Under the pieces are notes generated by a model. The model did no database searches and was not told where the DNA came from. It worked only from the letters and a program-made list of their open reading frames with translations. The position numbers and the translations under genes are program-made. From Octopus sinensis (Eukaryota), in contig NC_043025.1 in NCBI RefSeq assembly GCF_006345805.1, positions 14,632,001 through 14,696,000 of the forward strand: DNA of 64,000 nucleotides. The letters are read 5' to 3'. Positions 36,860 to 49,865 of this stretch are shown here, one piece after another. The number at the start of each line of letters is the position of its first letter. Positions within the stretch are counted from its first letter, which is position 1.

Positions 36860-38700
36860 AAATGTCAGTTGAGATAATTAGAGAAAAATGCTCTCTCGAA
36901 GAGTTTAATGCTTTGAAGGCTAACGAGCCTCCAAAAAAGGTGACCAAAGGCTTCGCAGCAGTCTCTGCCGTAAACCAGAAAATCTGGAGATCCCATTTGG
37001 GGACCTCCAGGAAATGTTCCAAAGAATGACAGGAGTGGAGGGCGAAGTAAAGATGTCACCTGTCAGAGCGTTGGGCCTCACAGAGGCAATGACGAAGGAC
37101 CGAGATCTCTGGAGATATGCTGTGACTGCAAAGACCCGGGCTGCTTCCTGCACCAGCCCCGCATAGCCCCTGCCCATTCAAAGTACCTTGGATTTCAGAA
37201 CAACCTGCTGTGCTTGAGGAGACCTGTTGAGTCAAGTACAAGAACATCGAAATAAATATCAATGGAAATAGTAGTTGTGATACCTGTGCCGGTGGCACAT
37301 AAAAAGCACCATCCGAATGTGGCCGATGCCAGCTCCACCTCGACTGACTTCTGTGTCGGTGGCACGTAAAAATCACCATCCAAATGTGGCCGATGCCAGC
37401 TCCGCCTTGACTGGCTTCCATGCCCGTGGCACGTTAAAAGCACCAACCGATCGTGGCTGCTGCCAGACTCCCCTGGCACCTGTGCCGGTGGCACGTAAAA
37501 AGCACCCACTACACTCACGGAGTGGTTGGCATTAGGAAGGGCATCCAGCTGTAGAAACACTGCCAGATCAGACTGGGGCCTGGTGCAGCCTCCTGGCTTC
37601 CCAGACCCCGGTCAAACTGTCCAACCCATGCTAGTGCAGAAAACGGACGTTAAACGATGATGATGATGATGATGGCTAACGCAACAGAAGAAATCGAAAA
37701 CAAAATCATTGTTTTTAAAACGTTTTGTTCGGAGGAAAAAAATGGTGGCACAACATCTGGATCAGATTGAAATGGAAAGATGTCTTGCTCCAGTCTGGGC
37801 TGACATTATTTATGTTACAAGAGGAAGAAAATTTGGCAGAGTAAAAGCCAGGTTTAGGACAATAGAGATGGCCTGCGAGCCCTCTGTCAGCCCGTTAACA
37901 ACAAAGGAAGTGAGGCTTCTGCAACATATAAGGTGGCGAGCTAGCAGAATCGTTAGCACGCCGGGCGAAATGCTTAGTGGTATTTTGGCTGCCGTTACGT
38001 TGTGAGTTCAAATTCCGCCGAGGTCGACTTTGCCTTTCATCCTTTCGGGGTCGATAAATTAAGTACCAGTTAAGCACTGGGGTCGATATAATCGACTTAA
38101 TACCTATGTCTGTCCATGTTTGTCCACTCTATGTTTAGCCCCTTGTGGGTAATAAAGAAATAGGTACTTCTGCGACATGTATGGGGGCAGCACCTGTCCC
38201 ATGTCAAGGTAACAGAACCACCGCCAAAAATAGATGTCTCGTGGGTGATGGTCACCCTGTTATTTAACAGACAGAACAAAATGAACATTTTGCAAGTAAC
38301 CTCCACCCTCGCGCCCAACTGTCTCGGGTAGAGCATCGAGGGCATCATTCAAGCGGCGCTGAAAGACTTGGAAAGGGTTCTCGATAGAGTGCCCATGGGT
38401 GAAGATGTGGTTCTGAAAATTCAAGTGGAAGGAAAGAAACCTAGATGTTTTAAATGAGGCCGAAAAGTGCACAAAAGGGTCGATTTGTGACTCGGAAAAT
38501 AAGGAAGAAAAGGCCCAAACAACAGTGGATACACATACACCTGGCCCCTCACAAAGTGTCCCAAAACCCACACATACCAGCCCCTACACTAGCAAAGACA
38601 CCCACTCCCCCAATCTTTTCCGAGGGGGTGGGGAGAGGGCTTTCGAAGAGAAAGAAATTCATAAATTATTTTTTTGCTTGAGTGTAATGGAAAAAAGTTT
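36860..38700 (+). mobile_element. Decayed LINE ORF1 (gag-like, zinc knuckle), split by an RTE 3' end and an S3 SINE
   Basis: Removing 37029-37672 and 37935-38163 gives ...CSKEWLTQQKKSK...VWADIIYVTRGRKFG...VKVTEPPPKIDVSWVMVTLL...KIQVEGKKPRCFK followed by a decayed C-G-x-x-x-H-x4-C knuckle. Confidence 0.6.
37029..37672 (+). mobile_element. RTE LINE 3' end (ORF tail, tandem-repeat 3' UTR, (GAT)n)
   Basis: LGLTEAMTKDRDLWRYAVTAKT, followed by the repeated ggcacgtaaaaagcacc units and a (GAT)n tail. Confidence 0.85.
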
Positions 38701-39600
38701 GAAAAAAACTTAGATTCATTTTTTTTTGAGTAATAGAAAAAGGTTTTTAACCCTTTAGTGTTCAAATTAATATGTCAGAAGTAATCCTTATTCATTTACA
38801 TTTTAAAAAATTAACCAGGTATTATCTTGTAGCATCAAGATTTGAAAGATGTAATTGTTTATTTTTAGAATGACATTGCAGGGTAGGTGTGAGAGGCTGG
38901 TTCTGGCCAGTTTGAGCATAAAATGAGTAGAAAATATTGTCCGGATATAGCTGGTTTAAACACTAAAGGGTTAAAAAGATCCTGTGTATCAATGGCGAGG
39001 GAGAAGCATTCATAAATACGGTGATGAATATGGTTTCACTATAGAAAAAAGTTAAAGGCGATTTAGCTGTTGTTTTTAGCATATCTCACAACCGTCTGAT
39101 ACATTCCTTATTTGTTTTATATTTTCAGTTAATATAAGTTCTCTCAGTCACCAATAAGCAACAGCGGAAGTAAAGAATATGCACACCACCCTTTTCTGGA
39201 ATATCTCTAAACCTAAACTTAACCCTGACGGTAAAACCCTAAACACAGGATGTGCGAATTCTTTACTTTCGCCTTTTATCGGTTCTTCATGTTGTTCACC
39301 CAAAGCTTTCATAAGGAATTTTCTAGTTCTTTTCTCAGACTGTGGCCACGCTGGGGCACCGCCTTGAAGGATTTTAATCGAACAAACTGACACCAGTTCT
39401 TTCTTTTTATTCATGGTACTAAGTTACGTGAAAGTAAACACACCAACACCAGTTATTCAAGCGGTTGTGAAGGACAAACGCAGACACAGAGCCTCAATAC
39501 ATATATACATATATATATATTCAACATGTGATCTCTTGAGCACCACCAGCTCAAATATTTTTTCCTCTGTCTTCCCTTCTTGGGATCTTTCCTTCTCCTT

Positions 39601-39635
39601 GTTTCCGACGAAGAGCTCCGCTCGAAACGTTAAAC
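39601..39635 (+). ncRNA. Hammerhead-like motif (family B)
   Basis: gttt-CCGACGA-a-GAGCtccGCTC-GAAACGT-T-aaac. Perfect 4-bp stems I and II; U4 read as C. Confidence 0.55.
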
Positions 39636-40422
39636 CCTCCTTCCCTTCTTTCCTGAGCGTCAAATAATACTTTAATTGTTCCACGTCCTGCGTTGCTGTG
39701 TTTTTTTCTCTTTTTTTTTCTGTGTTTTCTTGTTTGGATTAACTTTATATATATATATATACATCATCATCATCGTTTAGCGTCTGCTTTCCATGCTAGC
39801 ATGGGTTGGACGGTTCAACTGGGGTTTGGGAAGCCAGGAGTCTGCGCCATGCCCAGTCTGATCTGGCAGTGTTTCTACAGTTGGATGCCCTTCCTAATGC
39901 CAACCACTCCATGAGTGTAGTGGGTGCTTTTTACGTGCCACCGGCACGGGGGCCAGGCGAGGCTGGCAACGGCCATGATCGGATGGTTCTTTTTACGTGC
40001 TGCGCTGGCAACGGACACGGTCGGGTGGTGCTTTTTATGTGCCACCGGCACGGAGGCCAGTCGGGGCAGCGCTGGCCACGGCCACGATCGGATGATACGG
40101 TATGCTTACGTGTCATCGGCACTGGTATCGCAGCTGCAATTTCCATTGATGTTGATCGACTCCGATTTTGGTTCTGATTTCTGATTTGATTTGATTTGAT
40201 TTGATTTTGATTTCCACTTGCCTCAACGGGTCTTCACAAGTGGAGTTTTGTGTCCCAAGAAGGAAAGGTATGCATAAGTCGACTGGCTACATCCCAGGTT
40301 GAGGCCACGGGTAATGGTCTCACTAGTCCTGCCGGGTTTTCTCACGCACAGCTTACTTCCATAGGTCTCGGTCTCTAGTCATCTCCTCAGTGAGACCTAA
40401 AGTTCGATGTATATATATATAT

Positions 40423-43400
40423 ATGGCGCAAAGGATTGTCCAGCAAGCTAACCTGGCTGCGCCAAGCACAAAGAAGGAACCTTGCCCACCACTATGCAAG
40501 ACCACCACAGTCAACAGACATGGGATGGCGTCCCCTAACACTTGCACAGTCGTCACTCCAATACTTTTAATAAATATTGAGGGCCTGTTGCATCAAAATG
40601 AAAGCAAAATTTCTTTCCTGAGAGATCTTACTGCATGCAATCAAGCCCTATGCATGGCGCTCGTGGAAACTCACCTCAACCTTGATATAGTGGATGCAGA
40701 AGTACACATACCAAACTATGCCATACTGCGAACAGACAAGGGAAAGGAGCCATGGTGGAGTTGCTGTAAACATCCGAGATGACCTCACACCCTGTCATAC
40801 TGTCATACTCAAATTCGGTATGTGACACTTTAATTGTATACATAAGACAACATAATATAGTCATATGCAATACATATTGCCCACCGGATGCTCCAAACCA
40901 CATAGGCAAGTTTGAAGATTGCCTCACAAGAATTAAAGAAATCCTAATGAATCTGGAACACCACGTGACCATATTTCTTATGGGTGATTTCAACTTCCCC
41001 AACGTCAAATGGCCCGAAGTTCTCATACTCTCAGGAATGACTCATTGCAAGCAAGCACAGGTGGAGTCCCTGCTCAACTTCACCAATGCCTCATTCATGG
41101 AGCAAGTTGTACTCAAACCAACTAGGGCGAATAACATTCTGGATCTCTGCTTCATGAGCAATATGGACATCATTCATGATGTGAAAGTGACACCGACATT
41201 AGTCTCGGATCACAACATAATAGAGCTGTCTATGTTTGGGCCGAAAGGAACCAGAGACATACAGCCTAAAGGAAGCACCCGAAATCTCTCCAATCTGAAC
41301 TTCCACAAAGCAGACTGGAAATCGATCCAAAAAGAGATCCTCAGAGAGGACTGGCCGAAATGTCTCTCCACACCAGACATTGACATGAAACTAGAATGTT
41401 TCATGTCTTCTGTGCAAGCCATATGCCAGAAATATGTCCCGGGGCACAAGGCCAAAACAAATAGGAGCAAGATTCCAAGAGACAGGAAGATCCTCATGAG
41501 ATTCTTTTTTTTCTTTTTTCTTTTACTTGTTTCAGTCATTTGACTGCGGCCATGCTGGAGCACCACCTTTAGTTGAGCAAATCGACCCCGGGACTTATTC
41601 TTTGTAAGCCCAGTTCTTATTCTATCGGTCTCTTTTGCCGAACCGCTAAGTGACGGGGACGTAAACACACCAGCATCGGTTGTCAAGCAATGCTAGGGGC
41701 ACAAACACAGACACACAAACACACACACACATATACATATATATACATATATACGACGGGCTTCTTTCAGTTTCCGTCTACCAAATCCACTCACAAGGCA
41801 TTGGTCGGCCCGGGGCTATAGCAGAAGACACTTGCCCAAGATACCACACAGTGGGACTGAACCCGGAACCATGTGGTTGGTTAACAAGCTACTTACCACA
41901 CAGCCACTCCTGCGCCTATATGATGGACAAAGGTTGCAAATCAACTCAACCAACATCCCAAAAGTAGCGAAACGTCCCGCCTAAGAACAACACTGATGGA
42001 GATTGAAAAAAGGCTGCAACAATCCTATGTGAGGGAGAAAGCAGACAAAGAAGCCTGGGTTATAAAAAACATTAAATCAAACCCAAAGGCCTTCTTTCAT
42101 TACGCGAAAGAAACAGCCTCAGTGCACTACAAGATAGGACCCCTCCTCCAAATCATGGCTCCCTCACAGACAGTCCAACTAAGATCAGTGAGATACTGAA
42201 TGACCAGTTCAAAAGTGTCTTTACCACCCCGTTGGAACACAGACAAGTAAACGAACCAGTGGACTTCTTTGCCGCCTCACCTATAACCAGCGAGGCAGTT
42301 ACAATAGAATGTATTGACATTAGCGAAGAAGATGTCCTACTAGCCATAGATGAAGTGGACACAAACTCAGCTGCTGGTCCAGACGGTTTCCCAGCAATCC
42401 TCCTCAAAGCGTGTAAACATGCCCTGGCAAAACCCCTCCAGATTCTCTTCCAGACCTTTCTTGTGAATGGCAAACTGCCAAGCAAGCTGAAGGAGGGAAT
42501 AATATGCCCAATACATAAAGGGGGAAGTAGAGCGGATGCCAAAAACTATAGGTCTACCTCTCTGACTTCACACATCAACAAAGTCATGGAACGGATAGTC
42601 ATAGGGAAACTAATTGCATTCCTTGAAAAAAATAACTTGCTAAGTGATACCCAGCATGGTTTTCGACCAGGTAAGAGCTGCCTGACCCAGCTCTTACAAC
42701 ATTATGACTGGGTATTGAGGCAGTTACTCAGCAAATCAAATGTGGATGTAATATACTTTGATTTTGCAAAAGCTTTTAACAAGGTGCATCATGGTATGAT
42801 ATGCCACAAACTGTGTGACCTTGGCATAGCTGGAAAACTTGGAGAGTGGTTACATGACTTCCTGAAAGATAGGAGTCATGCAGTAGTGGCTAATGGAGCC
42901 ACCTCTATGAACACACAAATAGTGAGCGGTGTTCCACGGGGCACTGTCTTGGGATCACACAGATATGCCCTCAAATGCCCTGATAGCCACTCTGGCAAGC
43001 TATGCAGATGATACAAAAGTCTCTCAGAAAATGCAGAACCCCAGCAAACCTCAATTTACAGAGGGGCTGAGGATAATAATATGCAGTTTAATGCTGAAAA
43101 ATTCCAGGCCCTGCGCTACCAGCATCCAAAACTGAATATTAAACCTACAGGGTACACTGATCCACAGGGAATTTCAATCCCACAGCCTAAGTCAGTGAGG
43201 GACCTGGGTATCGACATGAGTGATGATACTTCTTTCCAAGTGCACGTTACCAGGATGGCGACAAAGTGCTGACGACCGGCTGGATGGATCCTAAGAACAT
43301 TCAGAACCAGAGATAAGGAAACTATGATGGTTCTCTGGCGGACATTCATCCTCAGCCGCCTGGATTACTGCTCACAGCTATGGTCACCCACCAGTGTGAG

Positions 43401-43955
43401 ATTAACAGCGGACCTTGAAGCAATCCAGAGAAGATTCACAAAGAAGATTGTCTCTTTGCACCAGCTCAGCTACTGGGAAAGGTTGAAACACTTAAGACTC
43501 TACTCCCTGGAGAGAAGACGGGAGAAGTATGCAGTGATATATGTCTGGAAGATCCTGGAAGGAATTGTGCCAAATTTTGGCATTGTAAGCTACACCAATG
43601 CCAGAATGGGACGACACTGCATAGCGCCAAAGGTCCCAGCAATGCCATCACGCTTCAGGACCAGCTTCTGCAACAGCCTGGGTTTCAAGGGCCCCACAGC
43701 TTTTTAATATTCTCCCAAAGAGTCTGAGGAACTTGCACAAAGTAGATGTAGGGGTTTTTAAATCAAAGCTGGACCTCTTTCTGTCGAGAGTCCCAGATGG
43801 ACCTACCTCACGGCAAGAGGTGCAAATGAGGGTAGCTATATCAAACTTCATTCTTCAAGGGCCATATATTAGAGGAGGCCCTTAGTAATAACAGTGTAGC
43901 AAAACGGCGGTGCATCAGCATGGCTGCAGCTCTGGGCTGGAACTTAAAAGAATAT
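40423..43955 (+). mobile_element. Near-complete CR1/L2-group LINE ORF2 (APE endonuclease + RT), decayed, with SINE insertion
   Basis: APE motifs LINIEGL, LVETHL, MGDFNFP, ILDLCF, SDHN. RT motifs GPDG, NYR..SLTS, QHGFRPGKSCLTQLL, DFAKAF, SGVP.GTVLG, YADD. C-terminus LDYCSQLWSP...LYSLERRR. Multiple frameshifts. Confidence 0.93.
41505..41918 (-). mobile_element. Full-length SINE S1 inside the LINE
   Basis: Head, internal (AT/AC)n and 3' tail all present. The LINE frame resumes after it (ILMR..TKVANQL). Other near-full copies: 47130-47540, 56480-56885, 58895-59297, 62315-62720. Confidence 0.92.
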
Positions 43956-44513
43956 ATATATATATATATACATATATATCATATAATATTAATTATCTTT
44001 TTTAATAATTTTGATATATATTTAAATAATATAAATTAATTAATCTTATGTATTGGCTTAAGTTTTTCATCGTATGATTTGCCTAATAGTGGTTTTATCT
44101 CTAATTTAATATAATATAATATTTTACTATAAAATTGGATTCAATCCTAAATCTGATTTTTCCCTGTAAGTTTGGATTTATTCCCTAATATTTATTATTA
44201 TTATCATATATATATATATATATATACATGTATATTATATATATATATGTTATATGTATATATATTATATATATATATACATATATATTATATATATATT
44301 ATATAATATATATATATATTATATATATATTATATGTAGATATATTATATGTGTATATATATATATTATATATACATATATATTTTATATATATACATAT
44401 ATATATTTATTATATGTATACATATATATATTTATTATATATATACATATATATATTTATTATATATATACACATATGTTTTATTATATATATACATATA
44501 TATTTTATATACA

Positions 44514-44552
<39 letters not shown>

Positions 44553-44699
44553 CTATATATATATATAAATACATACACACACACATACATACAAACATAT
44601 ATACATACATACATACACACAAACATACATACATACATACATACACACACACATATATACATACAAACATACATACATACATACATACAAACATACATA

Positions 44700-45973
44700 C
44701 GAGGGGCGTTCAATAAGTAATGCCCCTGACCCACTTCCCATAGCAGTAGAGTAACGAAACTTGGCACAGTTATTCGTCTTTTTCTACATAGGAACCACCC
44801 AGAGTTACGCATTTCTCCCATCGTTTGAGGCGGCTTTGGAGACCGTTTTTGTAGAAGACCCCAGCTTGGTCCTCCAACCACGACGTGACTTCAGAAATCA
44901 AGGCTGCATCATCTGGGAAATGCTTTCCTTTCAAAAACAACTTCATGATTGGGAAGAGGTGAAAATCAGAGGGTGCAAGGTCAGGAAAGTAGGGGGGATG
45001 GGGAGGAGTTCATAGCCATACGCCTGTGCTTCTGATCTGGCGACAAGCGAGTTGTGGACCGGAGCGTTGTCCTGCAGGAGGAGGATGCCTTTGCTGATCT
45101 TGCCCCGCCTCTTGATTTTGATAACTTCTCTTAATTTCCTCAAAAGTGAAGCATAATAGGCTCCTGCAATTGTGGTACCCTTTGTCAGGAAATCTGTCAT
45201 CACTACTCCGTCCTGGTCCCAGAAGACTGTGAGCATGACCTTGCCAGCGGAGGGCTGCACCCTTGCCTTCTTTGGAGGGGGTGAGTCATGGTGCTTCCAC
45301 TGCATTGACTGGGCTTTGGTCTCTGGATCATCGTGATGGACCCAGGTTTCATCCTGTGTAATCAGTCTTTTGAAAAATTTTGACTCATCTTCTTGGCACA
45401 TCTCCAAATTCACCCTCGAGCACTCGGCGCGTTCTTGCTTCTGGAAAGGCGTGAGCAACCTAGGAATCCATCAGGCAGACACCTTTTGCATATGCAAATG
45501 GTCATGAATGATAGTTTCCACAGACCCGGTACTAATCTTGACTTCATGGGCTATTTGGTGAATAGTTATGCGTCGATCTTCCAAAATGGCAGCCTCAACT
45601 TGACGGACAGATGCCTCATCAATGGCAGAAGGGGGTGACCAGATCTGGGAGCTGTTTCCACAGAGTTCCGACCATGTTTGAATTCACGATGCCAGCGTTT
45701 TACAAGGTCATATGATGGGGCATCATCACCATAAGTTACTTTCATTTCATCAAAAGTCTCCCGTGGTGTGCGTCCTTTCAAATACAAAAACCGGATCACT
45801 GCTCGACACTCAACAGGCTCCATTTCACACTTGACTCAGTTCAAACACCTGTAAATCAGAAACCACAATTAATTCAGAGCTGTAATTTGCCACTTACTCT
45901 ATAGAGATATCAATGATTGCACATGCAAACAACTGCAAGTGGGTCAGAGGCATTACTTATTGAACGTCCCTCG
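44700..45973 (-). mobile_element. Full-length decayed mariner (Tc1/mariner) transposon
   Basis: 37-bp TIRs cgaggg(g/a)cgttcaataagtaatgcc(c/t)ctgacccactt (2 mismatches) with TA on both sides. Transposase pieces MEPVECRAVIRFLYLKG (HTH), ITQDETWVHH, LLQDNAPVH. Frameshifted. Confidence 0.96.
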
Positions 45974-46013
45974 TACATACATATGAGAGAGAGAGAGATC
46001 TTTTATAATAACT

Positions 46014-46330
46014 TTTGAGTTTCTTAACTCTTTGGATCTTCCTGGAATTCCTTCTCACCGACTGACTTTGAAGAAAGGAATTCCAGTCATGCAATTGAGA
46101 AACCTGGATCCTCCAAAGCTGTGCAATGGAACCGGACTGGTTGCCAGGTCAATGCATCCGCATCTTTTGGAAGCAACAATCTTCACTGGACAAGGAAATG
46201 GAGTGAATTGTGTTTATTCCAAGAATTCCACTGAGTCCAGCAGACATGTCCGTTCGGTTCTAGAGACTTCGATTTCCAGTAAGAGTTAGTTTTGCAATGT
46301 CGATTAACAAGGGTCAAGGACGTAAACCTA
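46014..46330 (+). mobile_element. Helitron RepHel PIF1-type helicase fragment
   Basis: LPGIPSHRLTLKKGIPVMQLRNLDPPKLCNG, then after a frameshift VFIPRIPL...RFPVRVSFAMSINKGQG, matching PIF1/Helitron helicase motifs. Confidence 0.9.
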
Positions 46331-46841
46331 CTGGATTAGGGTGAATCCAACATCCTCATCAGTAATTATCTCAAAATAACTCTTTGAAATAATTATTTTT
46401 GCGAAATGCTTGAGGAAGAGTTATTTCCCTTGTATTATTATTACGCAGTGCAGAGTTATTTCCCTTTGACTATAAGTTGTCGTTAGTTCCTTCTCGAGTC
46501 ACGCCTGGCTCATAAGGCCCGGTTTCCCGGTTTCCTGGACGAGACGCCAGTCCGTCGCAGGTGAGCTGCAAGATGCAGGAGGAAAGGTGAAAGAAAGTTG
46601 TGGCGAAAGAGTCAGCAGAAGTTCGCCATTACTTTCTGCCGGAGTCGCGTGGAGCTTAGGTGTTTCACTCATAAACACACACATCGCCCGGTCTGAGATT
46701 CGAACCCGCGATCCCTCGACCGCGAGTCCGCTGCTCTAACCACTAGGTCGTGTGCCTCTGCTTGACTTCTACTATAGCCTCGGGCCGACCAAAGCCATGT
46801 GAGTAGATTTGGTAGATGGAAACTGGAAGAAGCCCATCGTA

Positions 46842-46904
<63 letters not shown>

Positions 46905-48149
46905 ATGTTTGTGTGTTGTGTTTGTCCCTCCAACATCGCTTGACAACCGATGCTGGTGTGTTTACGTCCCTGTAACTTAGCGGTTCGGCAAAAATAGAGA
47001 CCGATAGAATAAGTACTAGGCTTACAAAGAATAAGTCGATTTGCTCGACTAAAGGCGGTGCTCCAGCATGGCCACAGTCAAATGACTTGAAACAAGTAAA
47101 AGAGTAAAAGAATATATATATTTATATATAGTCCGGGCTTCTTTCAGTTTCCGTCTACCAAATACACTCACAAGACTTTTGACTGCGGCCATGCTAGAGC
47201 ACCGCCTTTAATCGAGTAACTCGACCCCAGGACTTATTCTTTTTGTAAGCCCAGTACTTATTCTATCGGTCTCTTTTTGCCGAACCGCTAAGTAACGGGG
47301 ACATAAACACACCAGCATCGGTTGTCAAGCAATGCTAGGGGGACAAACACAAGCATACACGCACACACATATATATACATATATACGACGGGCTTCTTCC
47401 AGTTTCCGTCTACCAAATCCACTCACAAGGTTTTGGTCGGCCCGAGGCTATAGTAGAAGACACTTGTCCAAGGTGTCACGCAGTGGGACTGAACCCGGAA
47501 TCATGTGATTGGGAAGCAAGCTTCTTACCACACAGCCATGCGTGTGTGTGTTTTTAATAACGGTTTTGAATTTCTTTACACAAACGACGAGGAATTAATA
47601 TCAGTTGGGGGGAGGACGAAAAACATACAAACGGTGTGAGGTCACCGTAAACAAAGCAGTACAGGGCGACCTCTACGGTCGGGACTGTGTGTGTGTGCGT
47701 TTGTGGTTTAGGAGGTGTATATGTGTGTCGGTGTGTGTGTGTGTTTATTTGTGTGTGTCTGTGTGTTTGTGGTCGAGGTGGTGTGTGCGTGCTTGTGTGT
47801 GAATGTGTGTGTGTGTGTTTGTGGTTTAGGTGTATATGTGCGTCTGTGCGTGTGTGTGTCTGAGTGTGTGTGTGTGTTTGTGGTCGAGGTGGTGTGTGAA
47901 TGCGTGTGTGTATATGTGCATGTGTGTGTGTTGTGTGTTTGGTCGAGGTAGGCGCGTGCAGGGGTCGGACTAATCCAACGGGTTTCGCAGGTGGGAAGGG
48001 AGGGGGAAGTAGGGGGCGGGTGGGGTGCAACACAAAAGGAAAACATGCATGGAGGACGGGGGTGGTGGGGGTGGGAGGTGTTGATGATGAGGCGGACGGG
48101 TGGGGGGTCGCGGTGGGAGAGACAAACAGCAGCAACAACAACCATAAAA

Positions 48150-48525
48150 GACAAAGGCAGCAATGCCATCCGCCACCATCGCTGCCAACACCACCATCGT
48201 CGTCATTGTCATCACCATCCCCACCGCTACCACCACCACCACCATCATCACCAACATAATTAGCGTCATCACTATCATCACCACCACCACCACCACCACC
48301 TCAACTGCAACCTCAACCGCCACCACCACCACCATCATCATCATCACTACTACCATCACCACCATAAACTTCCATGACCACCACCACCACCATCACCACC
48401 ACCATCATCATCACCACCACCACTACCACCACCTCTACTGCAACCTCAGCCACCACCATCACCACCACCTCAAAGACAACCACCTGCACCACGACCACTA
48501 CCAACAACAACAACATCACCAGCTC
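48150..48525. repeat. (CAC/CAT)n trinucleotide low-complexity tract
   Basis: Direct reading. Source of poly-H/T/V pseudo-ORFs. Confidence 0.9.
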
Positions 48526-48931
48526 CCAAAAGTAACAAGGAAAGGCTCTATGTGGTCGCTAGATCGACCAGAAATAGCAACCAAATTTTCCTCAAAATAA
48601 ACAAGAAGAAGAAGAAGAAGAAGAGGAGGAGGAAGAGGAGGATGTGTAAAGGCGACGAAATGTCACGTTCTGAAGTGTTGATTTGCACTCGATACAATAT
48701 TAGCGAAAACATGGCATGCAGAGGGGTGGGCATGGGCGGATACGGGGAGTGAATACACACTCACAAACATAGACATACATAGGTATATGTATATATTCAC
48801 GTACAGAGGTATATACATACACATATATCCATGCACACATATGTACATGAATAATACACACATATATACAGTCACATACACACACACACCTATATATATA
48901 TATATATACACACACATATATATATACACAC

Positions 48932-48973
<42 letters not shown>

Positions 48974-49003
48974 CACACACACATATATACACACACACAC
49001 ACA

Positions 49004-49043
<40 letters not shown>

Positions 49044-49069
49044 CACACACCACACACACACACACACAC

Positions 49070-49104
<35 letters not shown>

Positions 49105-49577
49105 TATGTACAAACATATATACACACACCCATAAACGTATATATATATACAAACATACACGCACGCACTTATATATATAAATATATATGCACACACAAA
49201 AAATATACATATATCCGCGCACACACAATCACATTCATATAGACAATTACACACACACTCAGAGAAAAAAAACATATAAACGCATATATACAAAGATACA
49301 CACATACATATACACGCGTAGACATACACTGACATGTACACGTATATACAAACATACCCGCATACACACACACACACGTGTATACAAACATATACCCAGG
49401 AAGACTTATAGAAGTTACGGCTTCCACCCGGCCTTTCTCACCCTGTCTTGTTGTTGTGAGCAGTTAATCTGTTTTATACGGGTGGCGAATATACGGGTAG
49501 ACGCTATGTGGGTGGGGAGACGAGGCAAGGAGTTGGTTTTTAATAAACCTCAAACTTGTTGCTTGTTTAAGGGTGGT

Positions 49578-49860
49578 TGTTGTTTAGCCCTAGGTCAGTC
49601 CTGATCCAGTAGACCTATGATCAAAGATGTTCCAGCTGTGACCATCCCGTCTTTGATTCAGGCATAGTGTATCTAGGACTACATTATCTAATGTGTCCTT
49701 CCTTGCTTAGCCTCAGGTCAGTCCTGATCCAGCAGACCTATGATCAAAGATATTCCAGCTGTGACCATCCCGTCTTTGATTCAGGCATAGTGTATCTAGG
49801 ACTACATTATCTAATGTGTCCTTCTTGTTGTTTAGCACCAGGTCAGTCCTGATCCACCAG
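49578..49860. repeat. Tandem copies of the ~125-bp dispersed unit
   Basis: Same unit as 763-1125. Confidence 0.88.
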
Positions 49861-49865
49861 GCCTA

